Below, piece after piece: positions 25,621 to 37,450 of a stretch of DNA of 64,000 nt. This DNA comes from Dromaius novaehollandiae (Eukaryota): NCBI RefSeq assembly GCF_036370855.1, contig NC_088098.1, forward strand, positions 200,055,336 through 200,119,335, written 5' to 3'. Each line of letters begins with the position of its first letter. Position 1 is the stretch's first letter. Below the pieces are notes generated by a model, which saw only the letters and a list, made by a program, of their open reading frames with translations, was not told where the DNA came from and ran no database searches. Both the position numbers and the translations under genes were made by a program.

Positions 25621-25662
25621 CATGTGTGCGCATGCGCGCACATACACACACACACACACACA
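25621..25662. repeat. (CATG/CGCG)-rich (CA)n microsatellite: 'catgtgtgcgcatgcgcgcacatacacacacacacacacacag'
   Basis: Direct reading. Confidence 0.85.
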
Positions 25663-25784
25663 GAAGTCCTCATCCTATCTAAAGGACAACACTCCCAAAC
25701 AGGAATCTTACAGAAAAATGTTCTCACATTACCACAGCTATTGGATTTATAAACACAGATACATTCCCTTCTATATAATCTTAC

Positions 25785-26092
25785 CTAATGATACTGGTAT
25801 CACATAAATAGTTCCATCGTGTCCAACACAACTTACTACAGCTTGAAAGATTTTCATTTCTGGTATAACAGGAGGTTTATATACTTTATCCACTCCTGAC
25901 TGAAGCAGTGGTTCCTCAGTTTGCTTTGATTTATGTTCTCTCTCAGAAACAGTGAAGTCTTTCTCTGGAGCAGCACTGTTTAGTGCACAAGCAGTTTCTG
26001 AATTACAGCCATCTAATTGCGAGTTCTCTTGTTCTAAATGTACTTCAAGATGTTCCTTGGGGATTGAGCCAGCTGCATCGGCTTTACCAGTT
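25785..26092 (-). CDS. RNF17: RNF17 linker plus eTudor-4 N-flank: '(R)TGKADAAGSIPKEHLEVHLEQENSQLDGCNSETACALNSAAPEKDFTVSEREHKSKQTEEPLLQSGVDKVYKPPVIPEMKIFQAVVSCVGHDGTIYVIPVSL(G)'
   Basis: Stop-free frame below an in-frame TGA at 26116-26118. Motif 'F.AVVSCV...G.IYVIPVS'. Donor TCATTAG|GTAAGA (phase 1) fits the next exon. The acceptor (ctgctag|A at about 26093) is uncertain. Confidence 0.6.
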
Positions 26093-26422
26093 CTAGCAGA
26101 TTCAATCAAATGGTATCAACATATCAAAAGATGAAGAACTTGAAAAATGAAAAAGAATAAAATAATAGAAATAAAAAGAAAAAACCCCAACAAACCACAG
26201 AGATGGCAAATACTTGTTAAAATATTGTCAGACATCTCATCCACTGACTTAACGAATTGAAACATGCAATAGATACAATTATTAATTATTTTACTCAAGC
26301 AAGTCCACTTAAAATGATGCTTTGTTTCTACGTATGCTGTAGAGGACAACTCATTTTTCATTTTACTTATTAGCTTACCACAATTTGAATCTGAGTCTGA
26401 AAGAATATAAAAGTGTCCGAAC

Positions 26423-26538
26423 CTTCTGTTTCTAAAAGCCAAACCCTTTTTAATAAGGTGTTCTGAAATATCAATAAATTGTCCTGCTTCATCTTTGCAA
26501 AGAATTTTCACAGGCAACGGACAAGCCACATCACTTTC
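26423..26538 (-). CDS. RNF17: RNF17 eTudor-3 C-terminal flank: 'ESDVACPLPVKILCKDEAGQFIDISEHLIKKGLAFRNR(R)'
   Basis: Acceptor ttttttaccag|GAA. Ends with the '...GLA' motif typical of eTudor domains. The 3' boundary is uncertain: AGAAG|GTTCGG is a weak donor, and TGTG|GTAAGC at about 26390 is the alternative. Confidence 0.5.
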
Positions 26539-26830
26539 CTGGTAAAAAATTAGAGCCATACAACATGTTACAATACGAAACAATTCTCTAAACTATTGGC
26601 ATATTTTTCATTTTGTTTGTACTGACTACAAATAAGACTCTGTTGAACAACTGATGCCAGATCAGAAGATGCAAAATTTACTTTTCGTATTACAGCTCCC
26701 ATCATCTAACCAACTGTTCGAAACATGATGTGGGGGTGGGAGTGTGTGGGGGGAACCCACAGAGTAGAAGCTGGCTTCTTCCCTTAGCTATTTTCTTTGA
26801 ATGAACTGCCAAATACTTGTTTTTCTCTAC

Positions 26831-26891
26831 CAGGACCATTAAATCTACTGATAGATAACCTTGCTCATCAGTGCTTTTATTTCCAGACACA
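26831..26891 (-). CDS. RNF17: Short RNF17 exon: '(S)VSGNKSTDEQGYLSVDLMVL'
   Basis: Acceptor ggttttacag|T (1 base completes AGT), donor GTCCTG|GTAGAG (phase 0). Both phases fit the neighbouring exons. The sequence itself is not diagnostic. Confidence 0.4.
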
Positions 26892-28254
26892 CTGTAAAAC
26901 CTCAGTGGCAGCTGCCAACAAATACTGAAAAAATCAAATTCTCATAATAATTAAGTTTTGTTTACTGATGGAAGAAGTCTATCATAAATGATGTTCACAC
27001 AGCACTGGACCTAAAATTGACCTGTTATTTCAGTTTCTGAGGCTTGAAAACTAATACAGCAGCTGCTGAAGTTATTCTCATCAAGAACAGGAGCATCTGG
27101 CTGAAAAGCTCATCTGTCCATAAGAGATACCAGCACCCAGTGAACCCAAATATTTTAAAAAGTATGCTTCAGTAACTAAGCCTATGTAAGATTTCCTTTT
27201 TACACTCTGCAGCCAAACTGCTCAAATGCTCCAAGGAGTAACAACAACAACAACAAAGTATCTTTTCCTTTATAGCAAACAGCAACCTAAAGTTCCATTT
27301 GTATTGTTTCAAGAGTGAAAATATTCTGCAAAATTAAATTAAATTAAATTAATGAACAAACAGAAACTTCATGAATACTGCTGGTTTTAATTACAAACCT
27401 GTATAATTATTTTTGCTTGTGTCCCACTTAGGTAATAGGATACACATTCACATACTGTTGCTGTCCACTGCATGCTTCCACCTGTTGGTCTGACATGAAA
27501 CAAATTAAAACTTCCTTTAGTACAAAGAGAAGTTGGCTTTACTGACCATCGTCTAAGCTTACATGGAAAACCTACCCTTTACTAAGGCTCCAACATTTTT
27601 TGAAATTGCCTGCACTGCTGGTGGAGAAAGACAATCTGTATTATAGCCAATAATAAAAAGAAAACGGTATTTGGCTCTGGATTGGTATGACAAAAGAATT
27701 CAAAAATATGAAAACATACTTGTCAGATTCTGGGAGGATTATGAATTCTAGAATTAAGTCTTAAAAGAACCATGGAAAATGATAGTTCATCTGCAAATTG
27801 GGCATTCTGTATTCATCTGGGGAACAGGTATTACAACATGACTGTTTTTCTTTCCAGTATAGACAGCACACAAACAAATACAATTCTCTCTCTTATCTAC
27901 AGTCTGGAAAAGAGAGACCTGTACATTTTCATGAGACCTGATTCATCCAAAATTCTGTGTCAAAGACAAGAGCATTCAGGGAAATCAGGAAATCCTATGC
28001 CATCTGTCCAGTGTTTTATAATTCATCCTATGAATAATTTTTTATTTCCGTATCAGAGTTTGTGCTTTACTGGTATGTAGCATAACCCTAGAAAAAAGCC
28101 TCTACAACATATGACAGCTGCCACCCAATTTCTTCTTTATACAAAAAGCAAGTGATATCTAGATCTCAGGTCATTAGTGCTAACCAAAGAAAATACTAAG
28201 TTATGTCATTACCACATTTCTGATACTGCTATTTCAATATAAGGGAAAGGCTAC

Positions 28255-28373
28255 CTTATATCTACCAAGGAACATTCTATTGCTAACATCCTCATTATCT
28301 TCATATTTTCCTCAAGTTTTCTCAGACAGCTGACATCCACTGTTTTTACAGCTCCGGAATCATACAACATTAC
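28255..28373 (-). CDS. RNF17: RNF17 Tudor-3 core second half: '[39 protein letters not shown](S)'
   Basis: Motif 'V.LYDSGA.K.VDV...L' then 'A.EC.L'. Acceptor tgtctgtaacag|GTA (phase 0) matches the phase-0 donor at 34602 across a 6.2-kb intron containing two CR1 insertions. Donor ATAAG|GTAGCC. Confidence 0.7.
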
Positions 28374-28458
28374 CTGTTACAGACAGGAAACACAATGAAA
28401 CAGAAAAAAACTCTTAACATTATCCATTATCTGCAATAAATGATAATTCAATGCACAT

Positions 28459-28489
<31 letters not shown>

Positions 28490-28510
28490 TACACACACAC
28501 ACAAGTAGCA
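28459..28510. repeat. (TA)~15 then (CA)6 microsatellite
   Basis: Direct reading. Confidence 0.9.
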
Positions 28511-29930
28511 TTCATAATGAAGTCACCAGTGAACACTACACAAACATTACCACTAGCCTCTGCACTGAAGTACTTCACACAACACAAATGATAACCACTG
28601 AGCACTGAGAGGCTGAAACGCACAAATGTGTTCAAGTGGGTTAAACAAATTCATAGAGAGCAAGTTTGCCAGGTTACTAAACATGACAGTATAGTTGCAC
28701 CTTCAAGTCAGAAATCCCACAACTCTCATTGCTGGAAACTAGGAAAGCATGGCAGAGGAAAGTCACTCAGTATCTGCCTTATTTATTGTAAGCTTTCCCT
28801 AAGCATATAGGTGCTACTGAAGAGAGAATACTGGGATTAATGGATCTTTGTCTGACCCAGTAGAGCAGCTTCTTGTGCAACAGGAAGAATGAACCAGCAG
28901 AACTGCTGCCCTGAAAAGCCGAATCCAAGCCCTTTTCAGTCAGATAAGATTAGCACTGATGTTTACATTCCCTGCAACCATGACGCTAAAGTTATCTACA
29001 AACATTGCTTTTCTCAAGGATGTGAGCACCTGAAATGCTAAGGGTAGTAACGTGGACCCACTGTTCACTAGAAGAGAACCATAACAAAGAAGGGCATATT
29101 TGCGATCCCAAAAGCTCAGTTACAACCATCTTAACTCCCATTAGATAATGACAACTTTAAGGAAAAAACAACCTAAATATTTCACTGGACATTTTAAGAA
29201 TTAGGAAACAACTTCCCTTCCCCTCCACCCACACCTGCACCCACCCACCCACACACCACTCCTCTCCCTGCAAAATAACTACCCCTGGCCAATGTGCTGT
29301 GAGGGGAGGGAAAGGGGGAAGAGAAAAGAAATTCAAGCAAAAGCCTCAGGAAACTGTTTCAAAAGGCAGGCCACTATAAACATAGCAAGAAATGCAGGGA
29401 AAGACTTAGCTTACTATGCATAAAGTAAAAAAACCAAAGGAAACAAAGCTTTGCTAAGAAATCAGATGGTAGCAAAGTGACAAAATTCCTAAGGTGATGT
29501 CCAATGGACAAAGAAATCCTATCTTAGGGGAGCTGGATGTAGAAAGCACAAGAAAACAACATGTATGACTGACAGCACAACAGCTGATGCGCACCTACTG
29601 GAGCGTGCACTTGGACTTAATGCTACTACCTTCCACAATTCTTGGTGACACCTGCACACTCTTTGTAGGAGCGTGTATGCATCTAGGCTGTTACCTGGAA
29701 AAAGAAACCTCTTCTCCCCTGCTTTGGTTATGTTAGTGCATAAAAATTTGCAAACACAGAAATGCTGAAATAGCTTGCTTCCTCACTTCCTAAACAGTAA
29801 CAGACATCCCAGCCTGTTTATTACTGTTATTAGTTAACTATATCTATTCTCTGAACTATACCATGAATAACAACAAAATCTCTTTCAAATTTTAAAGACA
29901 AAGAAATTTAAGCACAGTCAAATAGAAACA

Positions 29931-30310
29931 TAGAATCACTGAGGTTGGAAGGAACCCCTAGAGATTGTCTAGTCCAACCTCCAAGCTAAAAGCAGAAGCA
30001 ACTAAAGTAGTGGTTGCTCAGGGCCGTGTTCAGTCAGGTTTTGCTATTACCAAGGATGGAAACTCTACAACCTCTCTAAAGTAACCCTCTACCACTGTTA
30101 AATCAACTTTACAGGGAAAAAAACTTTTTAATTTTGAAATACAGCTTGTTCTATTTCAGTTTGTGCCCAATTGCCTCTTCTCCTGTCACTGGGCACCTTT
30201 CTACCTGTCACTCCTGCCACCTTTGCTTGATTCACTGCACATGGAGATGGACCATTCTTGACCTTGAAAGAGGTGATGCTTGAAAAATCAACTAGGTCTC
30301 CTGGACCCTT
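29931..30310 (-). mobile_element. CR1 LINE fragment (3' UTR-like part fused to an ORF2 'LDFILTN'-region segment), 5'-truncated and rearranged
   Basis: 'catagaatcactgaggttggaaggaacccctagagattgtctagtccaacc' is the reverse complement of the CR1 3' end. 30215-30310 repeats 33045-33145. Confidence 0.7.
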
Positions 30311-31239
30311 CTTCCCTTATATGCCTTATAAAGTCAAAGTGTAAAAATATTCTAATATTAGTCTTTGCTTTCTATTGTTTTAATTCACATGGCTATACAG
30401 GAAGGCTCCCAAAAGTGTGACAATGCATCAAACACTTACATAGCCATAGATATATACAAAGCTCTCTACAGTTTCATCTGTCGCCTTTTTCTTTAAGTGT
30501 TTAGCCTCTCGTTGTTGCAGAGAGCCTTACAAACATGAAGCGAGTTTATCCAACAGTACCTACCCCAGTATACCAATTCCCCCTTTGCTGGAATATCAGC
30601 TTTAAAGCCCAAAAAAGTCCTTCCGGAATCAAAACTATCTAATCAAGAACCAATCAGTGGCAATTAGTGGCTCAGATGGGGAAGGCATTGGAGTGAAAAT
30701 AGCTGTGGTAGGAGCTGAGAGTTGCATCATGGAGGGAAACGCTACAAAAACGAGAGAGGAGACTCTCAAAGACAGGCAAGGAAAAGGAGCACAAAAATGA
30801 AAGAGAACAAAATACAGTAGTGGCTTACAGGGGAACAGATTTTCTTCGTAAATTATAAATGCAACCGGACATAACAACCTTAGTGTTTAACTACAACAGA
30901 AAGTCACATTCCCTGTCTGATACCTGTGTAACTGATATGAGTGGATAAGAGCTCTGTGCTTGGGGAAATCCACTGTCCTGTTTTTATAGTCCTGGCCCCA
31001 TGAACTATGTCATGCCCATCCAAATTGCAGAATTCATTACCACAGGATGTCAGAGAGATCATATGCATAAATAGGTTCCAAAATGGTTAAACAGATGTAT
31101 GGAGATCTACTAATGACTATTAAATATGGCTAACATCTAACCTACAGAGTCCCAGAAGCTAGAAGAACAAACCAGGGGAAGGAGCAACCTGTACCTATAC
31201 TCTTTCTCTATCCATCCATTCTTTACTGCTGATTCACAG

Positions 31240-33700
31240 AATCGCAGATTTGTTGAGGTTAGAGGGGACCTCCGGAGATCGTCTAGTCCAACCCCCCTAC
31301 TCAAAGGGGGCTCAGCCACAGCAAGTTGCTCAGGGCCACATCCAGGCGAATTCTGAATATCCCCAAGGATGGAGACCCCACAGCACCTCTGAGCAACCTG
31401 TTCCAGTGTTCGCTCACCTCCACAGGAGAAAAGTGTTTTCTTATCTTGAAATGGAATTTCCTGTATTCCAGTTTGTGCCCACGGCCTCTTGACCTGTCAC
31501 TGGGCACCACTGAGAACAGTCTGGCCCCATCTTCTTTACTCCCTCCCATCTGGTATTTCCATACACTGATAAAAATCCCCCTGAGCCTTCTCTTCACTAG
31601 CCTGAACAGCTCTCTTTCTCCCCTTATGTCAGATGCTCCAAGCCCTTAAACACCTTCCTGGCCCTTTGCCAGACTTACTCCAGGATTTCCATGCTTCTCT
31701 TGCACTGGGAAGCCCAGAACTGGCCTCAGCACTCCTGAGGACTGAGAAGAGGGGAAAGATCACCTCCCTCCTCCCAACGCAGCCCAGGATGCCCTTGGCC
31801 ACTTGTGCAGCAGAGGCACATTGAGGCTCATGTTCAACTTGTTGTCCACCAGGACCCTCAGCTCTTTTTCTGCCAAGCTGATTTCCAGATGGTAAGCCCT
31901 CAGGCTACACTGGTGCATGGAGTTATTCCTCCCTACGTGCAGGACTCTGCACTTGCTTGTGTTGAACTTCATGAGATTCCTCTCTGCCCATCTCTCCAGC
32001 CTTCTGAAGTTCCTTTGAATGGCAACACAACCACTCCTTCCACTTCTGTGTTCTCTGCAAACTTCCTGACGGTGCACTCTGCCCCGCTGTCAAGGTCATT
32101 AATGAAGATGTTAAACCGTGCTGGCCCCAGTATCAACCCCTGACAGACACCGCTGATGACTAGCCTCCAGCCAGACTTCCTGCTGTTCATCACAACCTCC
32201 TGAGCCTGGCAGTTCAGCCAGTTTTCAGTCCATTAGTCCATTTCATTGTCCACTTCTCCAGTCCATACTTCATGAGTTTGTCACTGAGGATGTTACGGAA
32301 GACAGTGTCAAAAGCCTTCCTAAAGTCAAAGTAAAAAACTTCCACTGCTCTGCTCTCATCTACCAAGTTAGTCATCTCATCACTATCATGTTGGTCAAGC
32401 ATGACTTCCCCCTTGTAAATCCACACTGACTTCTCCCAACCCCTTCTTGTCCTTAATACGTTTGGAAATGACTTCCAAGACTATTTGCCCCTGATCACCA
32501 TGACCTTTCAAAGATCATCAAGAGCGTCCTCACAATGACATCAGCCAACTCCCTCAGCACTCATAAGTGAATCCCATCAGGTCCCATGGACCTGCACATA
32601 TCCAGTCTGTTTAAGTGTTTCCTAATTTGATCCTCCTCCACTGAGAAGACGTATTCCTTGCTTCAGACTTTCCCACAGGTCTTAGGAGCCTGGGATTCCT
32701 GAAGGCAAATCTTACCAGTAAAGACCAAGGTGAAGAAGGCATTGAGTACTTCAGCTTTTTCCACGTCATTTGTCACCAGGTCCCCTGCCCCATTCAGCAG
32801 CAGGCCCACATTTTCCCTAGTCTTCCTTTTGCAGCATATACTTCTAGAAGCCCTTCTTGGTGCCTGTCACTTCCCTCCAAAACTCCAAGTGAGTTTTGGC
32901 TTTTCTAACTCCATCCCTGCGTGCTCAAATAGTGTCTCAATATTCCTCCTGGGTCACCTGTCCCTGCTTCCACCTCTTTTATGCTTCCTTTTTATGTCTG
33001 AGTTTAGTCAGGAGCTCCTTGTTCATCCATGCAGGCCTCCGGCCACCTTTGCTTGATCTACTGCACATGGGGATGGACCATTCTTGACCTTGAAGGAGGT
33101 GATGCTTGAAAAATCAACTAGATCTCCTGGACCCCTCTTCCCTCCAGGACCCTATCCCCTGCAGTTCTTCCAAGCAGATTCCTGAACAGGCCAAGTCTGC
33201 TCTCCTGAAGTCCATGGCTGTGATCCTGCTTTTTGCCTTGCTTGTTTCTCTCAGGATCCTGAACTCCACCATCTCATGGTCCCTGCAGCCAAGGCTGCCC
33301 CCAGCCTTCACATCCCTGAGCAGTTCTTCCTCATTTGTAAGTATGAAGTCCAGCAAAGCATACTTCTCATTGGCTCCTCAGTCACCTATGTCAGTAAGTT
33401 ATCATCAATGGACTCCAGAAACCTCTTGAATTGCATATGACCTTCCAGCAGACACCAGAATGGTTAGAGTCCCCCATGAGAACCAGGGCCTGTGCATGTG
33501 AGGCTTCTTTTAGTTGTATGAAAGAGGCCTCATCTACTTCTCTCCTTCCTGATGAGGCAGCCCGTTGCAGATACTCACCACAATGTCGCCTATGTTGGTC
33601 TGCCTTCTAATCATAACCCACAAGCTATCAGCTGGCTCATCACCCACCTCTAGGCAGAGCTCCATGCATTCCAGCTGCTCTCTCACATAAAGGGCAACTC
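31240..33700 (-). mobile_element. CR1 LINE, about 2.5 kb, 5'-truncated. Degenerate ORF2 (RT through C-terminus) on the minus strand.
   Basis: 3' end 'tcacagaatcgcagatttgttgaggttagaggggacctccggagatcgtctagtccaacc' at the left edge. Minus ORFs 31760..32077 ('...FNTSKCRVLHVGRNN...') and 33114..33356 ('MLDFILTNEEELLRDVK...GSLGCRDHEMVEFRIL') are CR1 ORF2 pieces broken by stops and frameshifts. Confidence 0.85.
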
Positions 33701-34601
33701 CCTCTTCTCACCTTCCCAGCATTTCATATACTAATAATGTAATGATTGATATAGTATGAATTGTAAGTTTTATATAGTTATAAAATAACATAGTAATTTC
33801 AAATAATTCCAGCATTTCCAACTGAAGTGGTAAAATAGCTTTTTGAGGGTTCGTAGTTTTGGAAGGCAAATATTATACGAAATCTAAATATAGGAAGTCC
33901 TGCTTCTGCTTCCTGTTAGTAAGATCCAGAGGCATAATCTGATTATGCTAGGGAGAACTAATTGCAATGAAGACCCAGATTACCTGTATGACTAAAAAGC
34001 CACTCTTACTTTTGAGTTAAGTAGTTATTAACTCATTAAATGCCTGTTCCTGATGCTCCTTATTCAAGTAGGTACAACAAAAAGCACACTTAAAGCAGCA
34101 CTGTGTGAGAGGTTACTGGGTAAAGTGTTACATCTATTTGGCACAGTGCATCAACATCAGTTTATGGTTCAAGGAACAGCATAACTACAGATGTTCATGT
34201 GGTGGTGGACTTAGTTCAATCAACCCCATCAGCAAGGATTATTAGGTTTGGCTGATCGCCAACTTAAGGATCCTATTGCTTCTGGAATCTGAGCCAAACT
34301 GTTAAGGTATAACTTGAGAATCTGTGCCATGTTGCTCTGTGTACTGTAACCATACACAAAGTCAATCTCATGAACCTTCCTCAATTATCAAGTGCCCTGC
34401 TAAATACATTTTGAGTTTTGATGAGACCATAGTCTTCCTTACAGCAATGTATAATGTAACTGAAAATAAACTCTGGACAAAAGCAAAAGGCTATATGAGA
34501 AAATATTAACATGAAAACAAGAACTCAAGATTTAAGGTTATTTTATAGATGAATCCTCAAAAACTTCAGAAATAAAAGTATGAATCTTATGACGATATTT
34601 A

Positions 34602-34753
34602 CCTCTGCAGTTGTTTCAGAGACAATCCTGCTTATCTGACCTCTTTGCCACTGTTTCCAATCATGTACATAAACAGCACAATGCATACTGGTTTCCCACT
34701 TCACAGACTCTGGCTGGGATTCTTCATAGATAGTAGCCATCTTCTCCTGTAAA
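34602..34753 (-). CDS. RNF17: RNF17 Tudor-3 core first half: '(S)LQEKMATIYEESQPESVKWETSMHCAVYVHDWKQWQRGQISRIVSETTAE'
   Basis: Tudor signature 'SMHCAVYVHDWKQWQRGQI'. Of two acceptors 7 nt apart, only atgttag|T (not tttacag|G) keeps the upstream phase. Donor GCAGAG|GTAAAT. My reading differs from the track by 1-9 nt here, so the coordinates are soft. Confidence 0.6.
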
Positions 34754-35689
34754 CTAACATTAAAAATATACTTTTCCAATAGCAAGATTTTACCAAATGA
34801 GTAAAGGTTTGGGTTTTTTTAAATAAATTACTGCTTAACTAGCATTCAGTAAAATTTTAATAACTGTTTAACAGACATCTAGTATTGTAGCTTTTCCTTA
34901 TAGCTTGTTAGAAATACATGAAATGGAGGTTCAAAAAAGATGCAATCCAATTAGAATTGCTGAATTACTCTTAGAGGCTGTGACCCTTCTGTATAGCAAT
35001 ATTTGACTGATACTCTTGATTATTTTCTCTTGACAACTTGAGAGAGTGTGAGCCTCATTTAGTGCCATGACTAATTTAAGGGGACCCCAAGTCAGTATAT
35101 ACATAGTAAAAGCCAAAGGAGAAATAAGAGGTAAAAATTAAGTAACCCACACTAAACAATGATATTTATATTTGTCTCCAACCAGTAGGCAGTATTACTT
35201 GAGGTTTGGCTTTCAAGTACCAAAGGAAGGTTGACATACCATGTTCAGAAGTTGCTTTCAAGCTTTCCTAACAGCATATTAGAATCATGGAAAAATAAAT
35301 AAGTTTACTTAAGTTCTGTGAGTTAGAATGCTGGCATTACTTAGTCAGATTCCAAACGAAGGAATGGGGAGGAGAGAGTAACGAGCAGAAAGATTTAGTC
35401 TTTCTGGACAATATTGCATTTGCCAGGCTCCCATACTTACTACATCAGAATTATTTGAAATGGGAGTTCGATCATACACTTAATTTTGAATCACAAGTAT
35501 TTAATGAAACACAACTTAGTGCAAATCTCTTTTGTTCCTATACTTCCCTCAAAGCAAGACAATTCAACAGCATTCAAAAGAGTGCCCCAGTGCCAAATGC
35601 CACCTGAAGTAGTTTGTTCTAACCATATTTCTTCATCAATTTGTAGTAAGCGTGCCTTAACTCCAGACAAATTCTTTGAATTTAAGTAC

Positions 35690-35911
35690 CTTTTCAGTAA
35701 GCTCTCAGATGACAGCCACCGTATGAAAATTTTGCTAGGGGACACAACGTGACTAATTCTCACTTGTAGCTCTTTCTTAGAAAGTGATCTGAAATCCACT
35801 TCCTCCAGAGGTTCCATGCTTATAGGATTTAAGTCTTCCAGGGTTTCGGGAACTTCTTCTAGAGGAGCATCCCATATTTCACTGGGCCCTATAGCAGTAC
35901 TTTCAATATAT
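35690..35911 (-). CDS. RNF17: RNF17 eTudor-3 N-terminal flank: 'YIESTAIGPSEIWDAPLEEVPETLEDLNPISMEPLEEVDFRSLSKKELQVRISHVVSPSKIFIRWLSSESLLK(R/S)'
   Basis: Motif 'V.ISHVVSP..F.I......L..L'. Acceptor ttccttacag|A, donor AAAAG|GTACTT (phase 2). Upper part of track ORF 35491..35817(-). Confidence 0.7.
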
Positions 35912-36682
35912 CTGTAAGGAATGTCAAATAATTAGGATTGAAAGTTTACACATGTTATCAAAGTGAAAAAGAGTTCTATGATTGCAATTCTAACATGATA
36001 GGGGAAGAAGGAAAGAGTGAAGAACAAATAGTAACTTAGAAAAGCAGAAAAAACTCCAACAAAAGCCAAAAGCACTTTTAAATGCTGCATCTGAAGCACT
36101 CATGATAGTAACTTATTTTTATTCTTCAGTAGCTAACCTTGCATATTCTACTGTCAGATGAGAGTACTAAGCAATACAGGCTGCCAGAAGAGGAGTAAAC
36201 CTGATACGAATGGGGCTGCCTGTCTGGCTTAAAAGACATCAAATTACTAGTGTCAAGTTTCTGGAAAGCTATATTGCCTCCGAGCAAAATCTGCAATACT
36301 CTACTTACAAGATGTGTTAATATTCCTTTCAGAAGTAAACATTAAGTTAGTGGAACATTTATCCTTCTAGCATTTCTTGAAGTTATGGGTACAAATACAA
36401 TGCAACATCCTGGAGCTAGCTCTTTCCTAGCTAGGGTACAAAATGAAGTATAGCCACAGTAACACCTTAACGTAAACTTGCTTAAATTGTGTGAACTGGA
36501 TAGAATAAACCACAACAACAATCCAGAGTTGGCTGATACCTATCAATCTATTTTACTGAGTGTCAAAACGAAATGTGCTAACTAGAGACATGAGAGATTA
36601 CAGCTTGAAAGTCATCTATCATTGCTTCTTGTAAATCTCAGACTAAATCTGACATCACATACAAATTTAACTGCTGGTCATT

Positions 36683-37450
36683 TCACAGAATCACAGAATG
36701 GCTGTGTTGGATATTGGACGGGACCTCTGGAGATCATCTAGTCCAACCCCCTCACTCAAGCAAGGTCACCTAGAGCACATTGCCCAAGATTGTGTCCAGA
36801 CAGCTTCTGGTTATCTCCAAGGATGGAGACTCTACAACCTCTCTGTGCAACCTGTTCCAGTGCTCAGTCACCCTCACAGGAAAAAAGTTTTCCCTTATGT
36901 TCAAACATGAGCTTCCTGTGTTTCATTTTGTGCCTGTTGCCTCTCATTGTATCACTGGGCGCTGCTGAGAAGAGTCCGGCATCATCCTCTTTACACCCTC
37001 CCTTCGGATACTTGTACACATTGATAGGATGCCCCCTCAGTCTTCGCTTCTCCGGGCTGAACATGCCCAGCTTTCTCAGCCTTTCCTCATATGAGAGATG
37101 CTCCAGTCCCCTAACCATCTTAGCAGACCTTCACTGGACTCGCTCCAGCGGCCCCATGTCTCTCTTGTACTGGGGAGCCCTGAACTGAACATGGTACTCC
37201 AGATGCAGCCTCACCATGGCTGAGTAGAGGGGGAGGATCACCTCCCTTGACCAAACGCAATGCTCTTCCTAATGCAGCCCAGGATACCATTGGCCTTTTT
37301 TGCCACAGGGACACACTCTGCTGGCTCATGGTCAACTTACTGTCCACCAGGACCCCCAAGTCCTTCTCTGCAGAGCTGGTTTCCAGCTGGCCTGCCCCTA
37401 GCCTATACTGGTGCATAGGGTTATTCCTCCCTAAATTTCTGGGCCTCCAG
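36683..37450 (-). mobile_element. CR1 LINE 3' fragment, about 0.77 kb
   Basis: 'tcacagaatcacagaatggctgtgttggatattggacgggacctctggagatcatctagtccaacc' at the left edge. Minus ORF 36864..37118 encodes the CR1 ORF2 C-terminus ('...RRLRGHPINVYKYPKGGCKEDDAGLFSAAPSDTMRGNRHK'). Confidence 0.8.

Noticed and set aside
31250-33429. Cluster of ORFs on both strands with RT-like and 'MLDFILTNEEEL' peptides
   Set aside because: They are fragments of a degenerate, 5'-truncated CR1 ORF2 interrupted by stops and frameshifts, not a functional gene. The same holds for 36780-37416 and 59600-59990.
34381-34470. Candidate Tudor-3 second-half exon ('YIIHCCKEDYGLIKTQNVFSRAL')
   Set aside because: Its frame runs into a stop, and its acceptor phase does not match the upstream donor. 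The exon at 28373-28255 ('[14 protein letters not shown]...') matches in both phase and motif.
34543-34785. Mismatch between my hand translation and the ORF track near 34615-34570
   Set aside because: I read an extra C and an 8-nt 'cttcagaa' duplication that the track's protein does not have. The track's version gives a clean in-frame donor (GCAGAG|GTAAAT), so I followed it. Coordinates around this exon may be off by 1-9 nt.
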